A stretch of 64,000 nucleotides of DNA from an uncultured virus (IMG/VR IMGVR_UViG_3300046507_000662) (lineage: Duplodnaviria > Heunggongvirae > Uroviricota > Caudoviricetes): IMG/VR virus record IMGVR_UViG_3300046507_000662; one strand, written 5' to 3'. Shown in pieces: positions 18,919-29,004 of the stretch. A model generated the notes under the pieces. That model was given only the letters and a program-made list of their open reading frames with translations, was not told the DNA's origin and searched no databases. Made by a program: the position numbers and the translations under genes. Position 1 is the first letter of the stretch. Every line of letters begins with the position of its first letter.

Positions 18919-19212
18919 ATGAGCGATGCCCTGCCCCCGTTCGTCACGTTCACAACCGGCGCTGAACTCCTTGTGGAGCTCGGCCTGGTCGACGAAATCA
19001 CAGCCGAAGGCCTCAGGTACCACGCCCGGAAGAACCCACCGTGGTGGAGGTTCGGAGACCGTCCCGACCAGCTCCCATACGTCATGGCAGGACGCGCCAG
19101 AACCATGGAGACCGGCATCTTCCTTGAGATGTTCAAGGAAGGCCCGCGCCGCGGTGGGATCGGCAACAAACCCCAGCCACCAGAGCTGAGGGAACGCTCA
19201 GCCGACATCTGA
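18919..19212 (+). CDS. Small DNA-binding-like protein
   Basis: Helical HTH-like segment; upstream of the replication gene. Confidence 0.55.
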   Translation: MSDALPPFVTFTTGAELLVELGLVDEITAEGLRYHARKNPPWWRFGDRPDQLPYVMAGRARTMETGIFLEMFKEGPRRGGIGNKPQPPELRERSADI

Positions 19213-19465
19213 CTACGGTCAGCGCGTATCGGTCGTATCTGGATCACCGTGTTCGCAGCCACGGCCCAGAAACACGGAACGGCCAGCAGGAGGGCCGCAG
19301 CAGCCCACCAACCAGCCGTTCAGAGAGCCAGTGGATCGCAGCCCGCTGGCGAAGTGAAGATCCCGGTTCGAGAAAGAAGGGTCTCCTCGTGAAGGAGCCT
19401 ACCCGGTGGCACGCGCCACGTGGCAAGTCCCCCCTGCGTAAACACTCGCACGGCAGGGGCGTTCG

Positions 19466-20797
19466 ATGAGAAAAAGGATGTCCCGACCTGCACGTTTCGC
19501 GGCAGTGGACAACGAGGCCATCGACACGCTGCCGTCCATCCTCGCGGTGGGCCTGCTGACCCGGCTGATCCGCGCCAAGGACGGCGACGACGTCACGGTG
19601 GAATCACTCAGTCAGGACTACGACGAGGGCGAGAAGGCTCTCAGCAAGGCCATGCGGATGCTGGTGGACCACGCCAACGTCGTCAAGTTCAAGATCCAGC
19701 GGGCGGCCACGGAGACCGTCATCGAGGACGGCCAGGAAGTCGTCAAGCGCGGCGGCTCCTGGTACACGACGTTCAGCGTCGACTCGGTGCCGTTCACCTC
19801 GGAGGACGTGGCCCAGATGCTCGAGGAGGTCTACGCCGAGGGCAACGTGAAGTGCCACCGCGTCGAACCGACCCGCCTGGATCCTCGTGGCAGGCCGGCT
19901 CTTCCTGCTCCACGACCGACCCCGCCTTTTGGGGGTGTCGGTGCGACCTGCGGAAACGAGGTAAAACCGCAGGACCGACCGACACCCCCTTCACCGGGGG
20001 TCGGTCAGGGGGGTGCTCATATAAGGAAGAAGACTTCTTTGCCGGGAGACGAGGGAGACGATGCGCTTTCAGCGCGTAGCGCTGCGGACGCCCGGAGGGC
20101 ATCTGACGGTAGTAGCGTGCGCGAGGCTGAAGGCGGCTCCGCCGCGTCCAGCAAAGACCACCCATCCTCGGAGCAGCAGGACGACAAGGCCCGGGCCAAG
20201 ACCAGCAGCAACAAGGCCAGGCACAGCCGCCAGCAACTGGACGTCGTACGGGCCGTACGCGCCCTCTTCCCGACCGATCTGCTCGCCGCTCCCCTGCCCG
20301 ATGTACCGGTCCTGTCGCAGGCGATCCTGGACGCTCTCGCAGGGGACGTCCCGGCCGCGGACCGGACTGTGGAGCAGCTCGGCAAGCGCATCGAGCAGCG
20401 GTGGAACCACCACGGCTGGGCGAGCAAGTTCTACGCCGGGCAGATCGACAGTCTGGTCGGTGCCGCGGTGGCGATGGTGCGGCCGCTGAAGCCCGGGGAC
20501 CGGGACGGGTGCGGGAACCCGCGCTGCGAGGCCGGGAAGGACATCGACACGGGCGTGGACTGCCACGTGTGCCCCGAGCGGATTGCTGCCCGGAAGCGGG
20601 CCCGCAAGGCCGATGCTGCACCGGCAGCGCCCGGGCCGTTGCCGACGCCTCGAACTCCCGTGCAGGTTGTGACGTTCCGGGAGTGCGCCTGCCGGAACCC
20701 GATCCCGAAGAACAGCGACGACACCCTGTGCCGGGAATGCCGGCGCGAGGCCGACCAGGGCGCCCTGGTGGGTTCTCAGGGGCCTGCGCCGTTCTGA
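19466..20797 (+). CDS. Putative phage-type replication initiator with C-terminal Cys motifs
   Basis: N-terminal wHTH-like region, central repeated palindromic DNA, C-terminal CxxC clusters. Confidence 0.55.
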   Translation: MRKRMSRPARFAAVDNEAIDTLPSILAVGLLTRLIRAKDGDDVTVESLSQDYDEGEKALSKAMRMLVDHANVVKFKIQRAATETVIEDGQEVVKRGGSWYTTFSVDSVPFTSEDVAQMLEEVYAEGNVKCHRVEPTRLDPRGRPALPAPRPTPPFGGVGATCGNEVKPQDRPTPPSPGVGQGGAHIRKKTSLPGDEGDDALSARSAADARRASDGSSVREAEGGSAASSKDHPSSEQQDDKARAKTSSNKARHSRQQLDVVRAVRALFPTDLLAAPLPDVPVLSQAILDALAGDVPAADRTVEQLGKRIEQRWNHHGWASKFYAGQIDSLVGAAVAMVRPLKPGDRDGCGNPRCEAGKDIDTGVDCHVCPERIAARKRARKADAAPAAPGPLPTPRTPVQVVTFRECACRNPIPKNSDDTLCRECRREADQGALVGSQGPAPF

Positions 20798-20803
20798 CAA
20801 CTG

Positions 20804-20838
20804 AGTGGCCCCGCCTCCCATGGCGGGGCCACTGTTTC
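20804..20838 (+). terminator. Stem-loop terminator
   Basis: AGTGGCCCCGCC-N6-GGCGGGGCCACT followed by GTTT. Confidence 0.6.
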
Positions 20839-20917
20839 CGAGACCGGAGTGCCACAGGCCGCTGCGAAACTCCAGCGAGGACGCCCTGTGTTCCGACTGC
20901 CGAGAGGACGCCACCGC

Positions 20918-21520
20918 GTGACCGAGACCAACTTCATCTACATCATCGGGGCGCAGGAAAGCCCGCTGGTGAAGATCGGTACAACCGATGACGTAAAGCG
21001 CCGCCTCCGGGAGATCCAGAACATGTCTCCTGTCAGGCTGCGCGTCATCTGGCACGCTCCTGGAGACGAGAAGACCGAGAGGGCTCTCCACCGGCGGTTT
21101 AAGGCGTATCGCGAGTGGGGCGAGTGGTTCCGCCTCCGTGATCCGGTGGCGTCCGTGGAGCGGGCTTTACGGAACCCGTCTCTGCTCATCAAGTCGAAGC
21201 GCAGGACGCCGTTTGCGTCGGCGCCGAAGGCGGCCCCGAGCCAGGTCAAGACTCCCCCGGCGCCTGCACCTCTCCCGCGACGCCTCACCGGGCAGGCAGC
21301 GATCGTGCATGAGGCACTACGCAACAGGATCAGTACGGGAGAGCTCCCGATCGGAAGCGAGATGCCACGATCGACCGATCTCGCCAAGGAATACCAAGTC
21401 CCGATTGTCACCGCTGTCTCGGCGGTTAAGCATCTTGCAGCTCAGGGGATCGTTGTCTGGCCTTGGGGAGAAGCAGCAGTGGTCCAGCAGGCAGTCCCGG
21501 TCGAAGGAGCAGCAACGTAA
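20918..21520 (+). CDS. T5orf172/GIY-YIG-like domain fused to GntR-type winged helix
   Basis: FIYIIG...VKIGTT...RRL..IQ...ERALHRRF...GEWF; LRNRISTGELPIGSEMP...LAKEY; contains a TTA codon. Confidence 0.8.
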   Translation: MTETNFIYIIGAQESPLVKIGTTDDVKRRLREIQNMSPVRLRVIWHAPGDEKTERALHRRFKAYREWGEWFRLRDPVASVERALRNPSLLIKSKRRTPFASAPKAAPSQVKTPPAPAPLPRRLTGQAAIVHEALRNRISTGELPIGSEMPRSTDLAKEYQVPIVTAVSAVKHLAAQGIVVWPWGEAAVVQQAVPVEGAAT

Positions 21521-21819
21521 TGGCCGACACGATCCCGTACACGCACTGGGCATACTTCCCGGATGAGGCCAGCGTCAGGGCCTGCGCGAAGGAGCTGGCG
21601 GACTACGTGACCCGGGTCCGCGAGCCGGCGGACGATGATTCGGAGTGGCTGTTGCTGGCCGGCAGGGACGTGGAAGTCGATCGTCTGGTGGAGCGGCATG
21701 GCGAGGTCGAAGCGATCGTGGTCCGCCACGGGGGTACGTATGACTACGGGGAGGCGACCTACCTGGACGGGGAGCCGACGGTAGATCCGATGCTCACCGG
21801 GGAGTGGCCCGCCAGCTGA
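21520..21819 (+). CDS. RraB-like domain protein
   Basis: HWAYFPDE...GGTYD pattern. Confidence 0.5.
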   Translation: MADTIPYTHWAYFPDEASVRACAKELADYVTRVREPADDDSEWLLLAGRDVEVDRLVERHGEVEAIVVRHGGTYDYGEATYLDGEPTVDPMLTGEWPAS

Positions 21820-21948
21820 CCGTCCGACACGCGCGCGGCGCTCCTGGGCTTCGGGGTCCGGGGGTGTCGCGCGCCGTCAGTTCCCGTGGTGACCAGGCTG
21901 TTTGGTGCGAATTCGTATCCACGGCACACTGCCGCCAAGGAGGTTGTC

Positions 21949-22248
21949 ATGTTCGAAGAGACCGCATTTCCGCCCCTGCACGAATATGCCCTCGCCCACC
22001 GCTGCTCCACCTGCGGCGCTCGGCCAGGACAGCCGTGCGACGCCCCACAGAAGAAAGCCGAGATCGACGGCCGCAACGCCGTTCGTGATCAGGTTGGCCG
22101 GCCCCCGCTCGAGGCGGACCCGCTGCATCTGATGCACGCGGCCCGGGTTGACGCCGGTAGGCGGCACCAGGACCGGGACGTTGTGGCAGCGCCGTGGCCG
22201 GAGGATCGGGAGGCCGGGCGCCGGTACGACACCCTGGGTCAGCCCTGA
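21949..22248 (+). CDS. Zinc-finger protein
   Basis: CSTCGARPGQPC...H; RBS AAGGAGG. Confidence 0.7.
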   Translation: MFEETAFPPLHEYALAHRCSTCGARPGQPCDAPQKKAEIDGRNAVRDQVGRPPLEADPLHLMHAARVDAGRRHQDRDVVAAPWPEDREAGRRYDTLGQP

Positions 22249-22344
22249 CCGACCGTATGGCGGCGCCCCCGGGTTGTCCGGGGGCGCTGTTCTACGCCTC
22301 GGTCCAGGGCGGGTCCGGGCTTTCGGGTCTGGGGGCGCGGTCGT

Positions 22345-22551
22345 TCAGAATCCTGCGTGGCTGTTCGCGAAGCGGGGGCAGTCGTAGTCGCAGTCTCCGC
22401 CACTCGGATCATGCCCGCAGTCCCAAGGGTCGCCGCCATCGGGCTTCAGGAGATCTTCCACGTACGTCTTCCAGCTCGCCGGCGACCCTTGAGCATCGCG
22501 CGGGAGCGGGCCAGGCTGCTGTTCACCGGTCAGGGGCGTTTCGTCGGCCAT
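22345..22551 (-). CDS. Small hypothetical protein
   Basis: MADETPL...; Cys-rich end. Confidence 0.45.
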   Translation of the reverse strand: MADETPLTGEQQPGPLPRDAQGSPASWKTYVEDLLKPDGGDPWDCGHDPSGGDCDYDCPRFANSHAGF

Positions 22552-22619
22552 GAAGAGCAGGACAGCATGCGCGTTCGGATCAAATTGGGCGGCTCGCCGT
22601 ACTGAGGCGGTCCCATCGC

Positions 22620-22784
22620 CTAGTCGGCTTCGGTCCAGGGCGGGTCGGGGATGGTGTTGTCGCTGCCGCACCACCAGCATTCGAAGGGTTCGACCCGGTA
22701 CTTCTGGGTCCACCATGAGGCGACGGGGCGGCCCCAGACGACGCAGTCGGTGCCGCACCACCAGCAGACGAACAGAAAGTTCAC
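22620..22784 (-). CDS. Small C4 zinc-ribbon protein
   Basis: Two CWWCG motifs; RBS GAAGGGGG. Confidence 0.55.
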   Translation of the reverse strand: MNFLFVCWWCGTDCVVWGRPVASWWTQKYRVEPFECWWCGSDNTIPDPPWTEAD

Positions 22785-22820
22785 GCCGCCCCCTTCGTGT
22801 GTGGCCCGGACCACACCCGT

Positions 22821-22857
22821 TCTTGTATTGCGTACGTAATAGAAGATGGGCTAGAGT
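22821..22857 (+). promoter_or_regulatory. Conserved operator/promoter, copy 1
   Basis: TCTTGTATTGCGTACGTAATAGAAGA; TTGCGT-N18-TAGAGT. Confidence 0.8.
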
Positions 22858-23001
22858 CTTACCCGTACCCAGAACCAGCCCACCAGCCCAGCCCCCAACG
22901 ATAGGAGACCAACCCAAAACCCCCAACCCCCCACAACCTCCCCACGATCAGGGTCCACCCGTCACCCCCCGGGTGGGCCCTTCCACTTTCCCGGGGGAGC
23001 G

Positions 23002-23024
23002 TTGTCAGTGCCGTACCGCACGAT
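23002..23024 (+). promoter_or_regulatory. RecA-NDp/PafBC-like promoter
   Basis: TTGTCAGTG-N8-CACGAT. Confidence 0.55.
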
Positions 23025-23063
23025 AAGACCTAGAACGCCCAACACCGGCTCTGGAGGCCAGCA

Positions 23064-23780
23064 TTGGACGCAGCAGACTCCTCCGCCCTCACCGACGACC
23101 AGTACTCCGACATCCTGTCCAGCCAGGTCCACCCGAAGTTCCGGGACCCGGACGTGTGGAACGCACTCACCAGCCCCGAGAACATCGAACGCACCCGAAC
23201 GGTGCTGACCGACATGAACCAGCGGACCGCGAACACGCTGCGGCGGAAGAGGTCCGAGCGGGAGGTGTTCGAGCAGGAGTGCCGGGCCCGTGGCGCGGCA
23301 GGCAAGCAGGCCTGGTTCGAGTCCCGGCCTGCGTACGAGGACTCCAGGCGCAAGACCGCGGCGTTCCATCAGAAGGTGCTGGCCGCAATCTCGGAGCTGA
23401 CCAAGCTGAGCAAGGACCGCAACCGGACTGACAACCACAAGAACATCAACGAGGCCCGGGAGACGCTGCGGAAGCTTGCGGTGGCCGTGCAGCGGCACCA
23501 GGCGATGCACGCCAAGTCCGGAACGATCGCCGGCCAGGAAGACTACGAGCTGTGGCAGCTCCTGGACCGTCTCACCGTGCCGTACGGCCCGAACCAGGAG
23601 CGCACCAGCCTGCGAACGATGCTCGACTTCTACTGGACCGACGTGGAACCGACCACGGCGGCCGACGAGGACCGGGCGGTGGCGGAACGCACGATGCGGC
23701 AGGCGCCGGCCGGACGCTCCGCGCAGTACGCGGGCGTTCCGCGGGCCCGGCACGTCGGCAGCGAGAAACCCCTCACCTAG
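23064..23780 (+). CDS. Helical hypothetical protein
   Basis: RBS GGAGG, TTG start, coding-like. Confidence 0.7.
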   Translation: MDAADSSALTDDQYSDILSSQVHPKFRDPDVWNALTSPENIERTRTVLTDMNQRTANTLRRKRSEREVFEQECRARGAAGKQAWFESRPAYEDSRRKTAAFHQKVLAAISELTKLSKDRNRTDNHKNINEARETLRKLAVAVQRHQAMHAKSGTIAGQEDYELWQLLDRLTVPYGPNQERTSLRTMLDFYWTDVEPTTAADEDRAVAERTMRQAPAGRSAQYAGVPRARHVGSEKPLT

Positions 23781-23930
23781 CCAGCCCCGGCCCGGCCACC
23801 GTCCTATGCGGTGTCCGGGCCGCTGTACGCCCCGTGGGGCGTCTCGAGGACGCTTCCGCCACCCGATCCCCCACCGTCCCGGCCGGATCGCGCTCTACCC
23901 CCGCCCAGCCTGCTCGTTGACCCTCGAACC

Positions 23931-24188
23931 ATGGGCGCTGGGGAGCAGCTCAACACGTGCGACAACTGCGGCAAGCCGAACGGACACGCGCGCCGTGTCC
24001 GCGACCTCGGGCTGAACGAACCGTTCGCCCTGTGCGGGGACTGCCTTGAGACCGCCCTGCGCGCGTGGAGGGCCACCGATCCGGCGCCGTTGACGACGTC
24101 CGAGGTGGAGCGGGCGGCCGCGGCGGGGATGGACCCGCGGATGCTGCGCCGGCGCCTCGACACCGCACGCGAAGGCGATACCGCCTGA
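23931..24188 (+). CDS. Small zinc-binding hypothetical protein
   Basis: CDNC...CGDC. Confidence 0.5.
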   Translation: MGAGEQLNTCDNCGKPNGHARRVRDLGLNEPFALCGDCLETALRAWRATDPAPLTTSEVERAAAAGMDPRMLRRRLDTAREGDTA

Positions 24189-24199
24189 TCCCGCCCGCG

Positions 24200-24222
24200 T
24201 TGTCGGTGGCCGCTGCCAGACT
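24200..24222 (+). promoter_or_regulatory. RecA-NDp/PafBC-like promoter
   Basis: TTGTCGGTG-N8-CAGACT. Confidence 0.55.
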
Positions 24223-24257
24223 GCGTGGACGCCGACAACGACCCGAGGGGAACCCGC

Positions 24258-24617
24258 GTGGACCTGGACCGTACGCCCGCAACGATCGCCGACAGTGCCG
24301 GCGAAGAGATCCGAGCCCTCGCTCATCGAACGCTTTCATCCGAGAGTGACGGCTGGCAGTACCCCGGAGACGCGTACAGCGTGGTCGCAAACCTCGCCTA
24401 CCTCGCCAGCGGCCTCCCGCAGTCCCTCGCTCAGATCCGCGCCTTGCTTGAACGTCTTGAGGGGCGGGGGAGTCTGCGCAGCGACAAGGACACTCTCGGG
24501 TCCGACCTGCACGAGACGTACAGCGGTCTGGAAGATGCCCGAGCCGCGGCGGAGGCTTTGTACACGGCGCTGAACCGGGCCCACTCCGGACTGGGCCCCA
24601 TCGCGTACCAGGAGTAA
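24258..24617 (+). CDS. Helical hypothetical protein
   Basis: RBS GAGGGG before GTG. Confidence 0.65.
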   Translation: MDLDRTPATIADSAGEEIRALAHRTLSSESDGWQYPGDAYSVVANLAYLASGLPQSLAQIRALLERLEGRGSLRSDKDTLGSDLHETYSGLEDARAAAEALYTALNRAHSGLGPIAYQE

Positions 24618-24664
24618 GCCGAGTCCGCGTCAACCGCCCCCGGGCTCACGGTCCGGGGGCGTCG

Positions 24665-24869
24665 TCATGCCGCGTTGTCGTCGTCCGCGGCAGTCGGCAG
24701 CTCGGTGTGGCCCTCTGACCAGTCGTTTACCCAACCGCAGCCCGGGCAGGAGTACCGGCCGTTCACCCCGGAAATCTCCGTGCCGCAGCGGCGGCAGTCC
24801 GTTGTGGTGATCTCCTGCCCGCTCAGGAACTCTGCAGCCGACACGGGCGGGGGTGGGGTCGCTGTCATG
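24665..24869 (-). CDS. Small zinc-ribbon protein
   Basis: CRRC...CPGC; start approximate. Confidence 0.55.
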
Positions 24870-25095
24870 GGCGGCACCCTACCGCCGGGGCCGGCGCGGT
24901 ACCGGAGATGGGGCCGCACAGAGGGCACAGCCACGATCCGTCAGGGCCTTGCTGTCCGGAGCCTCCGCACTTCGTGCACTGCACGGCCACCAGTCCTTTC
25001 GCGGTCGGGGTGGGTCACCCCTTCAGAGTGCTCTGGTTGTCAGGCGGGCGGTAGATGGCGGGCTCTGCCGGGTGGTGGGGTCGCCTTCCTCGCGC

Positions 25096-25131
25096 TCTTG
25101 TATTGCGTACGTAATAGAAGATTGGTAGGGT
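25096..25131 (+). promoter_or_regulatory. Conserved operator/promoter, copy 2
   Basis: Identical 26-mer; TTGCGT-N17-TAGGGT. Confidence 0.8.
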
Positions 25132-25166
25132 GGAACCCACACCAACATCCCAGGGGGACACCCGAC

Positions 25167-25760
25167 ATGACCGCCGGACAGGCCTACGCCGCCCACCTGC
25201 GCACCCTCTTCGCCCTCACCCCCGACACGACCCGCTTCTCCGGCGGCCGCGACCAGCACCGCCACATCACCCACACCATCCGCGACACCCGCAACAACCT
25301 CGGCCGAGACAACGCCTCCGAGGCCGACGACCTCACCGCCACCGGCATGATCGCGGCCCTCGCCTGGACCATGTACATCAACAACGAGAAGGCCCCGGCC
25401 CAGGTCATCGACCACGTCAACAACCTGACCCCGTGGGACTTCTGCGCCTTCCTCGGCGACCTCGTCGACGCCAACCCGCGCACCGCCGCAGCCCAGGCCG
25501 AGCACTTCGCCGCGATGGCCGAACGCCTCGAGGCCGCCGGCCCCACTGTCTGGCTGATCACATCCGGCGAGGACTACGGCCCCAACAACACCGAGGACGT
25601 CTTCCTCGACGAGGCGGCCGCCCGCAAGGCCTTCAACATCCGGGCCCTCGGCTTCGCCATCAAGGAGACCCAGGAAGAGACCCTCGGGATGGTCCGCGTC
25701 CTCAAGTACCGCAACGGGTCCGAGTGGATCGCTCTCGAGGCCCACACCGCCACCACCTGA
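25167..25760 (+). CDS. Hypothetical protein
   Basis: RBS AGGGGGA; strong C3 codon bias. Confidence 0.75.
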   Translation: MTAGQAYAAHLRTLFALTPDTTRFSGGRDQHRHITHTIRDTRNNLGRDNASEADDLTATGMIAALAWTMYINNEKAPAQVIDHVNNLTPWDFCAFLGDLVDANPRTAAAQAEHFAAMAERLEAAGPTVWLITSGEDYGPNNTEDVFLDEAAARKAFNIRALGFAIKETQEETLGMVRVLKYRNGSEWIALEAHTATT

Positions 25761-25858
25761 CCGCCCACCTGCCCCGGCCACTCAGGCCGGGGCAATGCCA
25801 TGCCGGATCCGCGAAACCATGACCGTGGACACGCCTCCCCGCCCTATGGAGCAGCCCC

Positions 25859-26575
25859 ATGAACCTCGGCGAACTCATCACCGCCCTCGAAGCAGCCGAC
25901 CCCAACCAGGTCGTCAGCCACGGCTTCCACAATCCGCACTCCTACCGGGGCGACTACTACGACCTGGCGTTCGAACCCGCCCAGAACGTCACCGTCGCCT
26001 CCATGCTCGAAGCCGCCCGAACCGCCCTCGGCACCACCTACCAGGGATGGAAAGGCGGCGACTTCACCATGGGCGCCGACACCTGGTGCTGGCTGTCCGA
26101 ACAAGGCACCGCATCCTGCGACAACATCAGCAGCCTCCTCTTCGAGTTGATGCTGTCGCAGCCCGCCGACGAGGCCGCAGCGCCCGCCGACCGGGCCACG
26201 GTCTACCGCAGGTCCGCCGCGCGGCAGGTCCGCGAGTGGGCCGACGAGGCGCAGCAGCCCGAGACTCCGGCTGCGGTCGTGCACGAGGACCCGGCGCGCA
26301 TCGACCGCATGCGCCCCGAGTTCGCCGACCACGCCAGCGTCGAATCGATCGACGTACAGCTTCGGCGAGCCCGCTCGCAGCTGCGCCGCTGGCATCTGCG
26401 GGTCGAGTGGCTGATCAGCCTGCGGCAGGCTCGAGTGGAGCAGAAGGAACGCGGCGAGTGGCCCGCCGTCGGAGCGCAGCAGCCTGAGACGCAGGCGTTT
26501 GTCTGCAAGTGCCCCGCCGAGCTCTGCCACTGCGGCCACCCTACCGCCGTGTCCCAGCCCGGCAAGGAGGCCTGA
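25859..26575 (+). CDS. Hypothetical phage protein
   Basis: HSYRGDY...GWKGGDF motif; RBS GGAG. Confidence 0.75.
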   Translation: MNLGELITALEAADPNQVVSHGFHNPHSYRGDYYDLAFEPAQNVTVASMLEAARTALGTTYQGWKGGDFTMGADTWCWLSEQGTASCDNISSLLFELMLSQPADEAAAPADRATVYRRSAARQVREWADEAQQPETPAAVVHEDPARIDRMRPEFADHASVESIDVQLRRARSQLRRWHLRVEWLISLRQARVEQKERGEWPAVGAQQPETQAFVCKCPAELCHCGHPTAVSQPGKEA

Positions 26576-26577
26576 CC

Positions 26578-26754
26578 ATGGCCGCCAACCCGAACACCGG
26601 TGGTTTCACCGGGATCAGCCTCACGGGCAGCTGGGAGTGCGGCGGCTGCGGCGCCACCGGCGACGGCTGGTACGACGAAGACGACGGCCTCGTCCTGCAC
26701 GACGAGAACGGGCAGCCCTTCGCTCCCGACGACCACGTGTGCGGGGAGGCCTGA
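26578..26754 (+). CDS. Small zinc-binding protein
   Basis: WECGGCG...HVC; RBS AAGGAGG. Confidence 0.6.
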   Translation: MAANPNTGGFTGISLTGSWECGGCGATGDGWYDEDDGLVLHDENGQPFAPDDHVCGEA

Positions 26755-26756
26755 CG

Positions 26757-27164
26757 ATGTCCCACGGACTCCCTGACCAGCTGGTCGCCTACCTTGCCGA
26801 GCGGGATACCCAACGCGCCAACGCCGTAGACGCGACGCTCGCCTGCCTCACCGAACGAGAGCGCCGTCTGGTCCGCGAAGCAGCCGTCATGGGCTACGTC
26901 CAGGGCCGCCGGCACCCGAAGGATGCCGACCACCCCAAGGACACCGCGGTCCTTCATCTCGTGGTCGACGCCTGCCTCGCAGCCCCCGACCTCTACCCGG
27001 TCATCACCGGCGTCCAGCCGTGCGGCGAGTGCCAGCACCCCCAGTACAACCACCGTGACGGTGACGACCCCGTATCACCCGGCGTCTGTCTCCAGTGCGA
27101 ATCGGAAGGCGCCGCCGACGAGGCGCACCACGACTACGCGGCCGCGGACCGGGAGCCCGCCTGA
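26757..27164 (+). CDS. Hypothetical protein
   Basis: RBS GGAGG; C-terminal Cys/His motifs. Confidence 0.65.
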   Translation: MSHGLPDQLVAYLAERDTQRANAVDATLACLTERERRLVREAAVMGYVQGRRHPKDADHPKDTAVLHLVVDACLAAPDLYPVITGVQPCGECQHPQYNHRDGDDPVSPGVCLQCESEGAADEAHHDYAAADREPA

Positions 27165-27379
27165 TGCGGGGGTCGGTGGAGTGCCAGGGCTGCCACCGAG
27201 AGCTCAAGGACGACGAGTCCCGAGCCCGCGGATACGGACCGGTCTGCTGGCGCCGTCGAACCGGCCCAACCCGGCGCCGCTCCGCCCGGCCCGCACCCGT
27301 ACCCCACGCCCCGGACGCCCTCCCTGGACAAGACCAGCTCCCTCTGTTCTTCTTCCAGGCCACCTTGGACGGAATCTGA
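27164..27379 (+). CDS. DUF6011-like zinc-finger protein
   Basis: CQGCHRELKDDESRARGYGPVC. Confidence 0.7.
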   Translation: MRGSVECQGCHRELKDDESRARGYGPVCWRRRTGPTRRRSARPAPVPHAPDALPGQDQLPLFFFQATLDGI

Positions 27380-27494
27380 TGCGCGACCTGATACCCGCCG
27401 TGTGTATCGCCTCGGTGGTGTGGGGGCTGACGTACCTCGCGACCGTCGACTGGACCCACCCCGGCACCCGCACCCCACCCGAGAGGACCCGCCC

Positions 27495-28073
27495 GTGACC
27501 GGCCCGGACGATCCCGCCTGGCGGTGGGAGTTCCGCTGCGAGGACTTCGTGTACGCCCGCCTCGCCGAAGACCAGACCACAGCCGAACAGATGCCGCCCG
27601 GCGACAGCAAGGACGCCGAGCTCAACCGCATCGACTCCCTCTACCTCATCGCCGCCGACCACAACATCTGGGTCGACTCCCGCGGAGACTCCGCAGGCCG
27701 GTGCATCACCTGCACGGTCTCCGGAAGCGGCGTCCCCTGCCAGACCATGCGCGGCCTCGCCCGCCTCTACCGAACGCACCCCGACTACCTGCCGGCCTGG
27801 AACGAGCACATCGACGGCCCGGCCCCGGACTGCGCCACCTACAAGGAGTACAAGCAGCGCACCACCATCTACACCCGCCGTGCCGCCGAGTTGCTCCCGT
27901 TCTACGACAAGTTCGACCTGCAGCGTGACCGGAACGGCGAGTACTGGCAGTGCCGGTCCTGCCCGGCCCGCGGAGAGAGCTCCCGCCCGCTCCTCGGCGG
28001 CTACGACTACCCGGTCGCCATCGGCGACGCGCAACGCCAGCACCCCACCTGCCCCGAAAGGACCACCCCGTGA
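27495..28073 (+). CDS. DUF6221-like protein with extra C-terminal domain
   Basis: FVYARLAED...PCQTMRGLARLYRTHPDYLPAW. Confidence 0.6.
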   Translation: MTGPDDPAWRWEFRCEDFVYARLAEDQTTAEQMPPGDSKDAELNRIDSLYLIAADHNIWVDSRGDSAGRCITCTVSGSGVPCQTMRGLARLYRTHPDYLPAWNEHIDGPAPDCATYKEYKQRTTIYTRRAAELLPFYDKFDLQRDRNGEYWQCRSCPARGESSRPLLGGYDYPVAIGDAQRQHPTCPERTTP

Positions 28074-29002
28074 GTGGGAAGACCGAGGCCCGGGACCTGC
28101 TCCTGGACCTGATTGGCGCGGCCGACGCAGCGAACCGCGGAACCAGCCCCGAACAAGCCGTCGACGACGCCATCAGCGAAGCGATCCTGAACCAGCCATC
28201 CCTCCGAACCTGCCTGGTGCCCGGCTGCATGCGCCAGTACGACGCGGTCTCCACCATGACCGGTGAGACCCCGCCGCGGCCCGAATGGTCCGGGAAGGGC
28301 TGGTCCACACTCGGCTCCGGCAGCGTCTTTCCCGCCGGCGGCCACATCTGCCCCGACCACAAGCAGCTGGTCACCGACCACTTTCCCCGCCGTCTGAAGC
28401 TGCCCAGCGACCGTTGGAGCGTCGACTGCGCCTGCGGGTGGACGCCAGCCCCGCAGACCTGGCACGGCGTCCTGCGCGCCCTGTGGGAGCAGCACCTCCT
28501 CACCGTGGACGGCAAGCTGCCAGCCGCCCCGCCGATCACCGACCCCGAGCACCGGATCCCCCTCACCGAGCACACCGAGGCCACGCTCGCCGAGCTGTAC
28601 GACCGGCTGTGGGACGCCGAAGCCGACCACGAGGACCTCCGAGACTTCGCCCGGTCCTGCTTCCTCGCCTACACGACCGCCGTCCCCGCCCTCCTCGGCG
28701 CGAAGACCGCCCTCGAAGCCCTCCGTACCCGTATCACCCTCGACTCCCGCGACTGGACCGCCGACAAGGTCGACGCCCTCCTCTACGCGATCCTCGTCGG
28801 CGCGAACTGCGAAGACGACACCCCCGGCCACGTCCACAACGACATCGACTGCGCCGGCGACCAAGGCCTGTGGGACCTCGCAAAGCAGCACGACATCCCC
28901 ACCGACCAGACCATCCAGGCCAACCACCACCGCTGGTGGATCGCCAACGCCATCAAGGTCGCCAAGCAGATCGAAGACGCCAACAAGCCGAAGGAGGACT
29001 GA
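28070..29002 (+). CDS. Hypothetical protein
   Basis: GTGA coupling; codon bias. Confidence 0.7.
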   Translation: MSGKTEARDLLLDLIGAADAANRGTSPEQAVDDAISEAILNQPSLRTCLVPGCMRQYDAVSTMTGETPPRPEWSGKGWSTLGSGSVFPAGGHICPDHKQLVTDHFPRRLKLPSDRWSVDCACGWTPAPQTWHGVLRALWEQHLLTVDGKLPAAPPITDPEHRIPLTEHTEATLAELYDRLWDAEADHEDLRDFARSCFLAYTTAVPALLGAKTALEALRTRITLDSRDWTADKVDALLYAILVGANCEDDTPGHVHNDIDCAGDQGLWDLAKQHDIPTDQTIQANHHRWWIANAIKVAKQIEDANKPKED

Positions 29003-29004
29003 CC

